Shown here: positions 41,555 to 52,715 of the stretch, one piece after another
How positions within the stretch are numbered: the stretch's first letter is position 1
Layout of the letters: each line of letters begins with the position of its first letter
Assembly (NCBI GenBank): GCA_951813565.1
Contig: OX638351.1
Span: forward strand, 3,296,001 to 3,360,000
Source of the DNA: an uncultured Poribacteria bacterium
Lineage (GTDB): Bacteria > Poribacteria > WGA-4E > WGA-3G
Length of the DNA: 64,000 nucleotides
Direction: 5' to 3'
Translations under genes and position numbers: made by a program
The notes under the pieces: model-generated
The model's database searches: none
Told to the model about the DNA's origin: nothing
The model's input: the letters and a program-made list of their open reading frames with translations, nothing else

Positions 41555-42100
41555 ATGCCGAAAAAATTAACTGGGATGAACAGATATCAGAAGAAAGCAC
41601 ACCGACGACGCGAAGACCGCTTGCGTGGTGATGGCGTAGAATATTACCTTTCTCTTGCCTACTCTGCTAACCCGGAAGAGCGCGCACTGGCAATGGAGAA
41701 CCTCTGTCCATGCCACGTTCGGAAACGAATTGATGCAGTCTGGGTGGCATTATATAAGGGCTTGGTTGATCCCGATCTGCGCGTACGCCGTGCCGCATGG
41801 CATACGCTTGACGATGGTGGAAATCCGAACGATCCAAGGCTACAACCGCTCCTTCAAAAGATTGTTAAAACAGAAACCGATCGAACCTTACGGCAACGCG
41901 CACTTGACCTCATCAAAGCAACGCAAAAGGTAGAAGAACAGAAACAGGCACTCTTGGCACAGAAAGCACACACCTTTTCTGGACGATGTGATTGGTGTGG
42001 CACATCAAATATACTAGTGAGTTATGATTACGAAACAGAGTTTGAGACCGATGGTGTTAAACGTTTCGCGTTGGTCTGTGACACATGTTACACCGTGTAA
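41555..42100 (+). CDS. HEAT-repeat protein with C-terminal CxxC...CxxC
   Basis: DPDLRVRRAA repeats; CDWC and CDTC. Confidence 0.7.
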   Translation: MPKKLTGMNRYQKKAHRRREDRLRGDGVEYYLSLAYSANPEERALAMENLCPCHVRKRIDAVWVALYKGLVDPDLRVRRAAWHTLDDGGNPNDPRLQPLLQKIVKTETDRTLRQRALDLIKATQKVEEQKQALLAQKAHTFSGRCDWCGTSNILVSYDYETEFETDGVKRFALVCDTCYTV

Positions 42101-42180
42101 TTTTCCCTACAATAAAAAAAATGAAGAAATTATAATTCCGATGCAACTAATTCAGTAACATCTGCGCAAGGTGAACTTTT

Positions 42181-42738
42181 ATGATTCCAGATGATGTTTT
42201 TGTGCACAAAACAGTAGAGGGCGATATTGAGGCATTTAACGAATTGGTCAATCGCCACCATACCAAAATTTATGCGCTTGCATACCGAATGCTCGGCAAT
42301 TCCGAGGATGCTGAGGATGCTACGCAAGAGACGTTTTTAGAGGCGTATAAGTCAATTAAAACGTTTCGATTCCAGTCGCAATTTGGAACGTGGTTGTATC
42401 GTGTTGGTCTAAACACTTGCAATCAATACATCCGCAAAGCCAAATCCCGTAATAGAATGCTGGAGGCTTATACAGAAGAAACTTCGGCACATGGCATGAC
42501 AGAGGAACGGGATATACCTGATCGGATGGTAATCAAGACTGAACAGAGTGAGATCGTTCAAGCCGCTATTGACTGTCTGCCTCCGAAGCAGCGTGAGGTT
42601 GTGACGCTGTATTATATGCAACACCTTAAATATAAAGAGATCGCTGAAATTCTTAACTGCTCTCTCGGAACTGTCGCCTCACGGTTAAATAAAGCTATAC
42701 AGAATCTCAAAGCGAAGTTGGAAAAACACTATTTTTGA
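42181..42738 (+). CDS. ECF sigma factor
   Basis: DAEDATQETF, FGTWLYR, YKEIAEIL..SLGTVASRL. Confidence 0.93.
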   Translation: MIPDDVFVHKTVEGDIEAFNELVNRHHTKIYALAYRMLGNSEDAEDATQETFLEAYKSIKTFRFQSQFGTWLYRVGLNTCNQYIRKAKSRNRMLEAYTEETSAHGMTEERDIPDRMVIKTEQSEIVQAAIDCLPPKQREVVTLYYMQHLKYKEIAEILNCSLGTVASRLNKAIQNLKAKLEKHYF

Positions 42739-42795
42739 GAAGTTTAGGTTGCTACGTGAATATATTCTTACCTTATAAAAGCGAGGATTGTTAAA

Positions 42796-43476
42796 ATGAA
42801 TTGTAAACAGACTCGTGAAAATCTGGTTTTACACCGTCAAGATTCCATGTTGCAAGGGACAAAGCGGCATGAATTCTTACAACATCTACGAGGCTGCAAG
42901 GCGTGCCAAGTTGAATATGAAGGATTGTGGCATACCGCTACGGTACTGGGTAGTCTTGAAGCACCAGAACCACCTCCCGAATTACTGGGAAATATCCAAG
43001 GTCAAATCCGAGAAGTCCATAGGAGGAATCAAACCGCCTTCTTCGCGGCCCCTATCTCATGGCTTTTCGGTAAGTTTAAGTTAGAAATATCTCCGCAGTT
43101 TGTGAATTGTGTCGCGTTGCTTTGTTATCTGATCGTATCAGTCTTCTTCGTGAAGCTTGTGTTCTTTACAGATACACCAGAGCAGGATTTCGGTTTGACC
43201 GCAATGGAAGAGACACGTCTCCAACGCGTGCGAATTGCCCCATCACCTTGGGCATCACTTAAGCACGGGAGCGCGCAGGTTGAGAAAACACTTCCTACAG
43301 AAGCACCGAAAAAGACACATGTGAATCTTGCCAGTCCATTTGCTGATATTGAGTCAACAGAGTTGTGGCACACGCATCCTATTAATAAAGGCACAGAAGT
43401 CTTTGATGCTCATTTTTCAAACACAGTAAGCAAGAAACTTACCGTCATTTGGAGCGATATCAAAACAAATCTGTAA
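42796..43476 (+). CDS. Zinc-binding anti-sigma factor (zf-HC2)
   Basis: MNC...HLRGCKAC plus TM helix, downstream of the ECF sigma. Confidence 0.82.
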   Translation: MNCKQTRENLVLHRQDSMLQGTKRHEFLQHLRGCKACQVEYEGLWHTATVLGSLEAPEPPPELLGNIQGQIREVHRRNQTAFFAAPISWLFGKFKLEISPQFVNCVALLCYLIVSVFFVKLVFFTDTPEQDFGLTAMEETRLQRVRIAPSPWASLKHGSAQVEKTLPTEAPKKTHVNLASPFADIESTELWHTHPINKGTEVFDAHFSNTVSKKLTVIWSDIKTNL

Positions 43477-43528
43477 GGAGGATGTGTATTTATTTGAAAT
43501 CTCAAATATATGAAGGTGGTTGATAAGT

Positions 43529-43559
43529 AAGAGGCGCAATTTGTTGTGCCTCTTTTTTT
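43529..43559 (+). terminator. Rho-independent terminator
   Basis: AAGAGGCGCAA-TTTG-TTGTGCCTCTT followed by a T tract. Confidence 0.7.
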
Positions 43560-43683
43560 ATGGGACAATAAACATTGGCATTTATACCCGTAAACCATAT
43601 CCAACTAAAAAGTTGACCTACGATTTATTTTCCTGTAAAATATTCATATATCCAGAATCATAACTGCAATATCGGATAAAAAG

Positions 43684-44760
43684 TTGACACATTTACTACT
43701 TGAAGTTTCTAATTTAAAAACAGTATTTCCTACAGATGGTGGCGTTGTAAACGCTGTAAACGATGTCAGTTTTTCTATTGAACGCGGCAAAACGGTTGGC
43801 ATTGTCGGTGAAAGCGGTTGTGGAAAAAGTATCACTGGACTTTCCCTTCTCCAACTTGTACCAAATCCAGGTAGGATCGAAGCGGGCGAGATTCTGTTCT
43901 ATCGTGATGACGTAGACGAACCTTTAGATATAGCGCAAATATCACCGCGAAGTGAGTTAATGCGTCAGATTCGTGGCAACGAAATTGCTATCATTTTCCA
44001 AGAACCGATGACATCACTTAACCCTGTCTATACCGTTGGAGAGCAAATTGCTGAGGCAATTGTGTTACACCAAGAGCATAAGCGTTCGCCTCTGGAAAGT
44101 TTCGGTTTGCAGAAGATACCAAAATGGGCACGTGAACGCGCTGTTGAGATGCTTGCACGCGTCGGTATCCCTGCCCCTGAACAACGTTTTGATGAGTATC
44201 CGCATCAACTCTCCGGCGGGATGCGTCAACGCGTGATGATTGCGATTGCACTCTGTTGTGCGCCCGCGCTTCTTATTGCAGATGAACCGACTACGGCACT
44301 TGATGTCACGATTCAAGCACAAGTGCTTGCACTCATGCAGGAGCTGCAAGCGGATATTGGAATGGCGATTATGCTGATTACGCACGACTTAGGGGTTATC
44401 GCTGACATGGCTGACGAGGTAGTTGTTATGTATGCTGGACGTGTCGTTGAAAAGGGAAGTGTTGATGACATTTTCTATAATCCCTTACATCCTTACACAC
44501 GTGGCTTGCTCAACTCTATTCCGACACTTGGTGGACATCAACAAAAAACACTGCCCTCTATTCACGGAACGGTGCCGCACCCACTGGCACTTCCTATCGG
44601 GTGTTCGTTTCAACCGCGATGTGCCGAACGAATTCAGGTTTGCGAAGAAATGCCTACACTTAGCACGATTGATGCTCCAAAAAATATTAATACCGGAAAA
44701 GAGAAACATGCTGTAAGATGCTGGCTTTGTGAGGGAAAAACCGATGTCAATACTGCTTGA
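43684..44760 (+). CDS. Oligopeptide ABC transporter ATPase (OppD/DppD-like)
   Basis: [28 protein letters not shown]. Confidence 0.92.
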   Translation: MTHLLLEVSNLKTVFPTDGGVVNAVNDVSFSIERGKTVGIVGESGCGKSITGLSLLQLVPNPGRIEAGEILFYRDDVDEPLDIAQISPRSELMRQIRGNEIAIIFQEPMTSLNPVYTVGEQIAEAIVLHQEHKRSPLESFGLQKIPKWARERAVEMLARVGIPAPEQRFDEYPHQLSGGMRQRVMIAIALCCAPALLIADEPTTALDVTIQAQVLALMQELQADIGMAIMLITHDLGVIADMADEVVVMYAGRVVEKGSVDDIFYNPLHPYTRGLLNSIPTLGGHQQKTLPSIHGTVPHPLALPIGCSFQPRCAERIQVCEEMPTLSTIDAPKNINTGKEKHAVRCWLCEGKTDVNTA

Positions 44761-45745
44761 AGTCAAAGACTTACGAAAGTATTTTCCGATACGAAAAGGA
44801 ATTCTTCGACAGACTGTTGGACATGTGAAAGCGGTAGACGGGATTAGTTTTGATGTCCAACGCGGCGAGACCCTTGGGTTAGTAGGCGAAAGCGGTTGTG
44901 GAAAGACTACCGCAAGTCGATGTCTCCTCCGTTTAATTTCACCTACAAGTGGTAGTTTCACTTTTGGGGATGAACAAGTGGATTTAGCAAAGTTGACGTC
45001 TCAACAGGTACGTCCCTTTCGTCGGCGTATCCAGATGGTTTTCCAAGACCCACAATCATCTCTTAACCCACGGTTGACGGTGGCAGATATCGTCAGTGAG
45101 CCGCTACGCGTCAATCGCGCTATAAAAAGGAACGAACTTCAAGATAGAATTGTTGAACTGTTGGAATCTGTTGGTTTAAAATCACAAGACATGCGGCGTT
45201 ACCCACACGCCTTTAGCGGTGGACAACGCCAACGTATTGGGATTGCACGTGCATTAGCACTTAACCCCGAACTGATCGTCGCTGATGAACCAGTATCGGC
45301 ACTTGATGTCTCCGTGCAAGCCCAAATTCTCAACCTTCTGGCGGAATTGCGGAAGAAATTCCGACTTTCCTATATCTTTATCGCACATGATTTGAGCATT
45401 GTCAAGCATATCAGCGACCGTGTGGCAGTTATGTATCTCGGTAAGATCGTTGAGATTAGTGATGCTGAAACACTTTATCAATCACCGAAACACCCTTATA
45501 CAGAGGCGTTGATATCCGCAGTACCATTGCCTGATCCGAAGGAACAACGTAAGCGTGAACTAATTCGCCTTGAAGGAGATGTTCCTGATCCATCTCAACC
45601 ACCAATGGGTTGCCATTTTCATCCACGGTGCCGCTACGCAACCGATATTTGTAAACAGGAAACACCCGAACTTCGAGAGATTACACAGGGCGTAAAAGTT
45701 GCGTGTCATCTGAGTGAAACGTTGGAATTACAAGGAGTGTCGTGA
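44744..45745 (+). CDS. Oligopeptide ABC transporter ATPase (OppF/DppF-like)
   Basis: [32 protein letters not shown]. Confidence 0.92.
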   Translation: MSILLEVKDLRKYFPIRKGILRQTVGHVKAVDGISFDVQRGETLGLVGESGCGKTTASRCLLRLISPTSGSFTFGDEQVDLAKLTSQQVRPFRRRIQMVFQDPQSSLNPRLTVADIVSEPLRVNRAIKRNELQDRIVELLESVGLKSQDMRRYPHAFSGGQRQRIGIARALALNPELIVADEPVSALDVSVQAQILNLLAELRKKFRLSYIFIAHDLSIVKHISDRVAVMYLGKIVEISDAETLYQSPKHPYTEALISAVPLPDPKEQRKRELIRLEGDVPDPSQPPMGCHFHPRCRYATDICKQETPELREITQGVKVACHLSETLELQGVS

Positions 45746-46692
45746 TGCCAAAATCAAATCAGATAACATCTGAACAACTTGCATCCTTTCGAAAGCAGCT
45801 TGAACGCCGATGGATAAACCGAAAAGTTGATGAGGCGTTATTAGAACGTGCGTGGCAGGTCGCATACAAGATCGCAACACTTCTTTATGAAGAATTCGAT
45901 GCGACACAGGTTGCTGTTTTCGGGTCACTTGCGGAACCGATCAGTTTCACAAAGTCATCGGATATTGATATTGCAGTGTGGGGTCTCTCTGATAAGACAC
46001 ATTCAGCTGCATACTGGAAAGTTAAAAGCATTGATACGGGATTCAAAATAGACCTGATTAATTTTGATACAACCAAAGGGCTTTTCCAAGAAAGAATCCA
46101 GCAGCAAGCGATTCTTGTGAAAAAAGGAGAACAACCCACATTATGGAAAACACTTTATGAGCATCTACAACGTCAAGTTTTCCCTGTCGTGGAGGAAGAA
46201 ATATACGAGATGAACCGAAAAAAACTCACCCAACGTATCAACGATGAACTTGTAAAGATAGAGGATACGCTTGCAAGAATCCAGAGAGGGTTGGAAAAAA
46301 TTAAAGTTGTTCCCTCTGATGTCACAGAATTTGTTGAAAATACGATTGCGACAGACCTTGCCGATATCTATAGTGGGATTGAACGGATTTTTGAGCGAAT
46401 TGCCAACGAAGTTGATGGACAATTACCGAGAGGGAGTAGATGGCATAAAAACCTACTTGAGCAAATGACAAAACAACGCGCTGAGAGACCGCCTGTTATT
46501 TCTGACGATACATTTCTCAAATTAGGAGAACTTTTAGCGTTTCGCCACAAAGTAACCAACATCTACGGGCGAGAATTGAAATATGACAATACATTGGGGC
46601 ATGCAGAGACAATCCATGAATTGTTTGCGGCAGTTTCACAGGATTTCAATACCTTCACTGATTCTCTTGCGCAGCATCAGGAGGATGTCTGA
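45742..46692 (+). CDS. Fused MNT-HEPN protein, copy 1
   Basis: VFGSLA...SDIDIAV N-terminal domain; [12 protein letters not shown]...WHKNLL...[10 protein letters not shown]-terminal domain. Confidence 0.85.
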   Translation: MMPKSNQITSEQLASFRKQLERRWINRKVDEALLERAWQVAYKIATLLYEEFDATQVAVFGSLAEPISFTKSSDIDIAVWGLSDKTHSAAYWKVKSIDTGFKIDLINFDTTKGLFQERIQQQAILVKKGEQPTLWKTLYEHLQRQVFPVVEEEIYEMNRKKLTQRINDELVKIEDTLARIQRGLEKIKVVPSDVTEFVENTIATDLADIYSGIERIFERIANEVDGQLPRGSRWHKNLLEQMTKQRAERPPVISDDTFLKLGELLAFRHKVTNIYGRELKYDNTLGHAETIHELFAAVSQDFNTFTDSLAQHQEDV

Positions 46693-46693
46693 A

Positions 46694-47662
46694 ATGCAAC
46701 AGGCTACAAACACAAAGCAAACAGCTAAAGAGATGTCATCAGAACAACTTGCATCCTGCCGAAAGCAGCTTGAACGCCGATGGAAAAACCGAAAAGTTGA
46801 TGAGGCGTTATTAGAACGTGCGTGGCAGGTCGCATACGAGATCGCAACACTTCTTTATGAAGAATTCGATGCGACACAGGTTGCTGTTTTTGGATCGCTT
46901 GCGGAACCGATCAGTTTCACAAAGTCATCGGATATTGATATTGCAGTGTGGGGGCTCTCTGATAAGACACATTCAGCTGCATACTGGAAAGTTAAAGGCA
47001 TTGATACGGGATTCAAAATAGACCTGATTAATTTTGATACAACCAAAGGGCTTTTCCAAGAAAGAATCCAGCAGCAAGCGATTCCTATTAAAAAAGGGGA
47101 GCAGCCTACATTATGGAAAACACTTTATGAACACTTACAACGTCAAGTTTTTCCTGTCGTGGAGGAAGAAATATACGAGATGAACCGAAAAAAACTCACC
47201 CAACGTATCAACGATGAATGCACAAAAATTGAATCTACTGTTGATGCAATTGTCAAAGCTTTAGAAGACATTGAAGTACTACCTGCTGCAGCAAGAGAAT
47301 ATATAGAGGAATCAATTGCCAACAAACTTGCCGATGTTTATCGGGGTATAGAGCGAATTTTTGAGCGAATTGCCAACGAAGTTGACACGCATCTGTCGCG
47401 TGGAAGTCGGTGGCATAAAAACCTACTTGAACAGATGACAAAACAACGCCCTGAAAGACCAACTGTGATTTCGCAGGAGACTTTTTTGCTTTTAGAAGCG
47501 CTCTTAGAATTTCGACATAAAGTTAACAACATCTATGCAGATGAACTAATTTATAAAAATACGGAGGAGCATGCAAAGGGTATCAAAGAACTGTTTCAGA
47601 GTTTCTCCGATGATCTCAATATGTTTACCGATTTTCTTGCACAGCATCAGGATGAATCTTGA
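46694..47662 (+). CDS. Fused MNT-HEPN protein, copy 2
   Basis: Same architecture (FRHKVNNIY); AGGAGG RBS at 46679-46684. Confidence 0.85.
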   Translation: MQQATNTKQTAKEMSSEQLASCRKQLERRWKNRKVDEALLERAWQVAYEIATLLYEEFDATQVAVFGSLAEPISFTKSSDIDIAVWGLSDKTHSAAYWKVKGIDTGFKIDLINFDTTKGLFQERIQQQAIPIKKGEQPTLWKTLYEHLQRQVFPVVEEEIYEMNRKKLTQRINDECTKIESTVDAIVKALEDIEVLPAAAREYIEESIANKLADVYRGIERIFERIANEVDTHLSRGSRWHKNLLEQMTKQRPERPTVISQETFLLLEALLEFRHKVNNIYADELIYKNTEEHAKGIKELFQSFSDDLNMFTDFLAQHQDES

Positions 47663-47677
47663 AAGGAATAAAACTAC

Positions 47678-48505
47678 ATGCCAACACACACAGACCCCGG
47701 TTTCTTTGCTACAGACGTTTCATTTGAAAATAGTGCTGCAATCGTAACAGGTTCCAGTCGCGGTATTGGACGCGCAATCGCTATTGAATTAGCACGACAA
47801 GGTGCTGATGTGCTTATTAACTACAATCAAAATCGCGATGCAGCCGAAGCAGTACAGCGTGAAGTAGAGGCACTCGGTAGAAAAGCAGTCATTATTCAAG
47901 CAGATATCAGCGACTTAGATGCACACGCTAAACTCCTTGAAACCGCACACGATGCCTTTGGGAAGGTGAACATCCTTATTAACAATGCAGGGATAACCCG
48001 TATTGCTGATGTTCTTGAAGAAACGCCAGAACAGTTCGATCTACTGCTAAATACGAACCTGAAGGCACCGCATTTTCTTACACAACGCGTTGCAAATTAC
48101 ATGGTAGAGAATGAGATTCTCGGATGTATTATCTATACCCTTTCCATTTCGGATACGATGGCATCTGACAACCGGACTGCCTACTGCATCTCAAAAGCAG
48201 GATTAGAGATGAGCATGCGGGCTTATGCGGGGAGGTTGGCGATGCACGGCATTAAGGTAAACGGTATCGCTGCAGGTGTCATTGATACTGACCTGTCACG
48301 TGTCCGTATTCCGGATTACGAAGAGGCAGCTGAGAAAGGATATATTTTTATGGTGCGTCCCGGTACACCGGAAGATGTAGCACATGCGACCGTCGCTGCG
48401 ATGCGGCTTTACGATACAGGGGTTGTCCTGCCTGCGTCTGGTGGTGTGATGACGCCGCTGCTTAATCTCAGAACCATGGCGGAATTAGATATGAACAAAT
48501 CCTAA
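47678..48505 (+). CDS. SDR family oxidoreductase
   Basis: TGSSRGIG, NNAG, YCISK. Confidence 0.92.
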   Translation: MPTHTDPGFFATDVSFENSAAIVTGSSRGIGRAIAIELARQGADVLINYNQNRDAAEAVQREVEALGRKAVIIQADISDLDAHAKLLETAHDAFGKVNILINNAGITRIADVLEETPEQFDLLLNTNLKAPHFLTQRVANYMVENEILGCIIYTLSISDTMASDNRTAYCISKAGLEMSMRAYAGRLAMHGIKVNGIAAGVIDTDLSRVRIPDYEEAAEKGYIFMVRPGTPEDVAHATVAAMRLYDTGVVLPASGGVMTPLLNLRTMAELDMNKS

Positions 48506-48531
48506 ACTGCGCCGAATCTGGTATATCTCCG

Positions 48532-49455
48532 TTATTTCCAAATCCCAATGTCTCGTAATATCAACTTCTTGATTTTACATACCATCGTATATGCTGGATC
48601 AAACACGTTTCCCATATCGTATTCAACGGTTTGCCCTAACAAGATGTGCGCAGCACGTTTCTCCAAACCGAGTTCTCCTAACCATCGGAGCAGTTCGGTA
48701 GTAGCGTGCTGCACTGCTTGATCCAAGGGACGCGCATTGCCTGCTGTGAGGATATATTCCGCGTTTTCAGCACGCGGCCAATTAATAGACTTTTCCTTGA
48801 TTACTTCAACTGTGAACTGAACATCAAAAGAGATTTCAATCCCGGTACCGACAATTTCTCCGTCACCTTGTACTGCATGACCATCGCCGAGGTGAAAGAG
48901 CGCACCCGGAACAAAGACGGGAAGATAGACAGTAACACCCTCTTTAAACCCACGATAGTCCATATTTCCGCCGTGTGTAGAGGAGGTCGCCGTAGAAATG
49001 GCTTGTCCGCGCGGTGGTGCAACACCAAAACATCCCACCATCGGCTCAAGCGGCAGTGTAAGTCTACCTAACTGTGTTTCTGGCGACATTAAAGTTGCTG
49101 TCCATGCTTCAATATCAACGTGCCATTCAGCACGATCCCCTTCAGGCATTTCGGATGCAACATAATATGGATCAAGCACATTCGGCACAACAACCGTAGC
49201 AGTTCTCCCAATTTTACGATTCGGTAGCAGTTTATCGAAATGCACTGCAAGCGTATCTCCCAGTTGCGCGGTTTGAATATAAAACGGACCTGTTTGTGGA
49301 TTACCACCCGGTGTTACCTGTGTATCGGTAGCATCATAACCCGCGTTATCTACGGTTGTAGTAAAAACAGTATCACCACTATTGATATGAAGCACTGGCT
49401 CATGTGTACCTATTGCTGTGTGGTATACAGTCGGTTTAAAATGATGTATTGCCAT
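48532..49455 (-). CDS. Acetamidase/formamidase family protein
   Basis: NPQTGPFYI, HGGNMD, GDGHAVQGDGE. Confidence 0.9.
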   Translation of the reverse strand: MAIHHFKPTVYHTAIGTHEPVLHINSGDTVFTTTVDNAGYDATDTQVTPGGNPQTGPFYIQTAQLGDTLAVHFDKLLPNRKIGRTATVVVPNVLDPYYVASEMPEGDRAEWHVDIEAWTATLMSPETQLGRLTLPLEPMVGCFGVAPPRGQAISTATSSTHGGNMDYRGFKEGVTVYLPVFVPGALFHLGDGHAVQGDGEIVGTGIEISFDVQFTVEVIKEKSINWPRAENAEYILTAGNARPLDQAVQHATTELLRWLGELGLEKRAAHILLGQTVEYDMGNVFDPAYTMVCKIKKLILRDIGIWK

Positions 49456-49681
49456 AGTATATCCTTTCTATCGTCTGAAGTGCCTTGTAAGTTTGATGTC
49501 CAATTCTGTGTCTATACCATAATATACCATATCAGCAGTGTTGCGTCTACAAGGGATGTATTGCAGCAGGGTTATTTAGTTTTAGGGTTTTTGCACATTT
49601 TCGTCAAAAAGTCGCGAGCTGGAGCTCGCTCCTACAGTAAGAGGGGCATTCAAGAATAACCGAAAATATGGAGAACTAAAT

Positions 49682-50026
49682 GAGGGGTGTGCATAAATAT
49701 TTGGCGCATCAACACAGACAGGGACAGACGCCAGGTGCCGCTTGATTTATAGAAATGCGTTTGTAGTCGCGCAATTCATTGCCAAATCAACACAGCATGC
49801 GCCAAATCAAGAAATCAACGGTATGAATCATGGCGAATCATGTAGAATACCAAAAGCGTATTCTACCAAGCGCATTCGTCTTTAGTCATTCACCGGGTCC
49901 GAATGCCTTATGGCATTCCCCGTGTGGCATGCTGCGCCTCTTTGAACTTGCGGACGGAAACCCACGCCGTGTGCCGTCCACCTTTAAGCGCATATTTAAC
50001 ATCGGAATTATTTATGCACACCCCTC
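49682..50026 (+). mobile_element. MITE family B, copy 2
   Basis: Same TIR as 22973-23251; 8-bp duplication AACTAAAT (49674-49681, 50027-50034). Confidence 0.88.
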
Positions 50027-50145
50027 AACTAAATAACCCTGGTGTTGCAATTGGAAAGAACGATTAACATCGCGGCATTTAGCAAGGAGATCACCCTATG
50101 ATAATAAATAAAACGCACCTTTGAAGTGGCAAAATTCTAAAAGAA

Positions 50146-50175
50146 TTGACACTTCTTGGACTAAAATGTTAGAAT
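50146..50175 (+). promoter_or_regulatory. Putative sigma-70 promoter
   Basis: TTGACA-18 nt-TAGAAT with TGn extension upstream of the protease. Confidence 0.45.
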
Positions 50176-50230
50176 TTCAGAATAAATCTACAAACGAATC
50201 TATTTCATTGTATAAACAAAAAGGAGTATC

Positions 50231-51646
50231 ATGAAACAAATTTTTCAAAAAACATCCATCCTTTTACTGCTTTTCACATTTATTACAGCAAACGCCAACG
50301 CAGCGCACAACTGGACAGAACAGATTGCCAGTTTTAAACCGATGGTAGTGAATGTCGAAACTGCTTCTGAGGTTGTCTTCGAAACGGAATCAAAAGGCAC
50401 AAGCTTCGCTACCGGTTTCGTAGTTGATGCAGAACGTGGGATTATCGCCACGAACCGACATGTTACAGGCAGCAGTCCTGCCTATGTTAAAATCAACTTT
50501 CATGATGGTAGCTTTACAGAAGCAAATATTCTTTACTATGACCCAACGCACGACTTCGGATTTTATAAGATTGATCCTGCTGAAGTTGATTTTGAACTGC
50601 AAGCCGTTGAACTTGGTGAATGGGATAAACTCGCGCTCGGCGATGAACTACTGCTGATTGGCAACAACGAAAAAGAGGAATATTCTATCAAATTTGGTAC
50701 GATTGCGAACCTCAATGTCAACAAAGGTGATAGACATTCAAGTTACATCCATACCACGTTCGACAGAACAGGCGGGTCAAGTGGTAGTCCTGTATGGAAC
50801 ACCGCGGGCGAGGTTATTGCTATCCATGCACGCGGAACAGACACCTCCAGTTTTGAATTACCCATTGATTACCTTATTGATGCGCTGGAATTAATTCAGA
50901 ACGAGATGCCTATTCAACGTGGCGAAATCGGTGTTGATCTTGAACTTATCTCCATTGGAGAAGCCATAAAACATTTTAATTTTCCAGAGGTTTTACGCAA
51001 AGAGATTGGTCCTTCCAAAGCTGGCACACCGAAAGTTATTCAGGTAGAATCTATGGTGCCGCGGACAACAGGTGAAACCATCCTCCGAGCATCCGATATT
51101 ATCTATCGCATTAACGATGAACTTATCCGAGATGATTTATACACCTTTGATGCTATTCTGAATCAGAACGTCGGTAAAGAAGTCACTTTGGACATCTACC
51201 GTAATGGAGAAAACCTCAGTCTTCAGGTGCCCGTAGAGAATTTAGAGAAAAAGAAAGTTCAGAGATTCGTTCGATTCGGTGGTGCTGTTTTTCACGACAT
51301 AACGCCGCAGCTGCGTCGGTTGCTCTACTTGGAAGCTAACGGTGTCTATATGCCCCATGCCGCTGCGGGTAGTAGTTTTTCACGTGTCGGTGTACAAGAG
51401 CGGAACGGTAATTCTAAGGTGGTTATTCTTGATGTAAATGGAAAGCAGATTCGGAATCTGGACGATTTCATTGAGGCATGCAAAACCATTACCGATGGAC
51501 AACACACTTATGTTGTTGTCCGAGATTTCAATCTGTTTGACAGCTCCCCAACCCCGAAAAGTTTAACGGTCAACCTTAAATTCGGTCCATTGCAACAATT
51601 TAAATGGGATTCTGAGAAGTTAGATTGGGAAGAAGTAGTTGAGTAA
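50231..51646 (+). CDS. Secreted HtrA-type serine protease with PDZ domains (Nma111/Deg7-like)
   Basis: TNRHV, HDFGF, GGSSGSPV catalytic triad; signal peptide; PDZ-like C-terminal half. Confidence 0.88.
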   Translation: MKQIFQKTSILLLLFTFITANANAAHNWTEQIASFKPMVVNVETASEVVFETESKGTSFATGFVVDAERGIIATNRHVTGSSPAYVKINFHDGSFTEANILYYDPTHDFGFYKIDPAEVDFELQAVELGEWDKLALGDELLLIGNNEKEEYSIKFGTIANLNVNKGDRHSSYIHTTFDRTGGSSGSPVWNTAGEVIAIHARGTDTSSFELPIDYLIDALELIQNEMPIQRGEIGVDLELISIGEAIKHFNFPEVLRKEIGPSKAGTPKVIQVESMVPRTTGETILRASDIIYRINDELIRDDLYTFDAILNQNVGKEVTLDIYRNGENLSLQVPVENLEKKKVQRFVRFGGAVFHDITPQLRRLLYLEANGVYMPHAAAGSSFSRVGVQERNGNSKVVILDVNGKQIRNLDDFIEACKTITDGQHTYVVVRDFNLFDSSPTPKSLTVNLKFGPLQQFKWDSEKLDWEEVVE

Positions 51647-51679
51647 TACCAAATTAACGGGATTTATCGCATTTTCCGG

Positions 51680-52180
51680 ACGGTAGGTGCGGTTTCCTAA
51701 ACGCTCCATAACTGTCAATTTAAGAAAAAAAGCGTAGTCGCGCAATTCATTGCCAAATCAACGCCAAGCGCACTTGGGCGAATACGCCAAATCAACGGTC
51801 CGAATCATGGCGAATGCCGGACGGGGAATGCCAAAGGGCATTCATACCCGGTGAATGACTAAAGACGAATGCGCTTTTGGCATTCGCCATGATTCATACC
51901 GTTGATTTCTTGATTTGGCGCATTCGTCTTTAGGCACTCCCCGTGTGGTATTCGCCATGACTTGTCGCCTCGGACATTCTGTAGGAGCGAGCTCCAGCTC
52001 GCGACCGGGAGGTCGCTCCTACAGAAGAAAATCGGGGTTGAAAACCCGCCAAATGCCAAAAAGCGCATTTGGCGTTGATTTGGCAGCATGCCAAACGCGC
52101 ATGCTGCGTTGATTCGCTCCCACAAGAGGGTATATCCTTAAATTGACGCATAAGGCGCGTTTTCCTAACTGCTCCATAAA
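51680..52180. repeat. Composite cluster of short palindromic repeats
   Basis: Modules shared with MITE B (GTAGTCGCGCAATTCATTGCCAAATCAAC and the reverse complement of about 49800-49895) and GTAGGAGCG...CGCTCCTAC. Confidence 0.7.
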
Positions 52181-52563
52181 TATGAATCAAGTTAATGTGG
52201 TATAAGAAAACGCGCTAAAATAAAAGTAAACGAACCTTTTATTTTTAGCTATGTCTAATTGAAAATGAGGGCAATTGATTTTCGCCCAGATTTAGGTCAC
52301 CGCTTCCTTCAAGAGGAATTCAAGGTCATCCGATATTGAATGCCTTTTAAGAGTTAGATTCTTCTTTCTCATTTTAGTAAAATTCAGTATACTCTTACCA
52401 TTGATTGCGAGCGTGGTCAAGAGTTTCTTCACTTACAGAATCCCAATGGGTAGATTCTATTATCCGATGCTGACCCTGCGCGTTGTGGACTCGGATTCCG
52501 TCTTGATCCAGGCGATGGCTCGGGTTACGCGTTTCTTATTCATCATTTTTTGAATAAAAAACT

Positions 52564-52591
52564 TTGACATCACCAAATAATATTGTATAAT
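52564..52591 (+). promoter_or_regulatory. Consensus sigma-70 promoter
   Basis: TTGACA-16 nt-TATAAT. Confidence 0.6.
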
Positions 52592-52715
52592 GTATACAAT
52601 TTGCTGGATCAGTAAAGATTGGTATGGTAGAATGGGTGCAGTTTATTCAAGCTTATGTAACTTAACGCGAAACTCACGTAAAAGTGAGATTCATTTTTAT
52701 AGGAGGTTGAACGGC

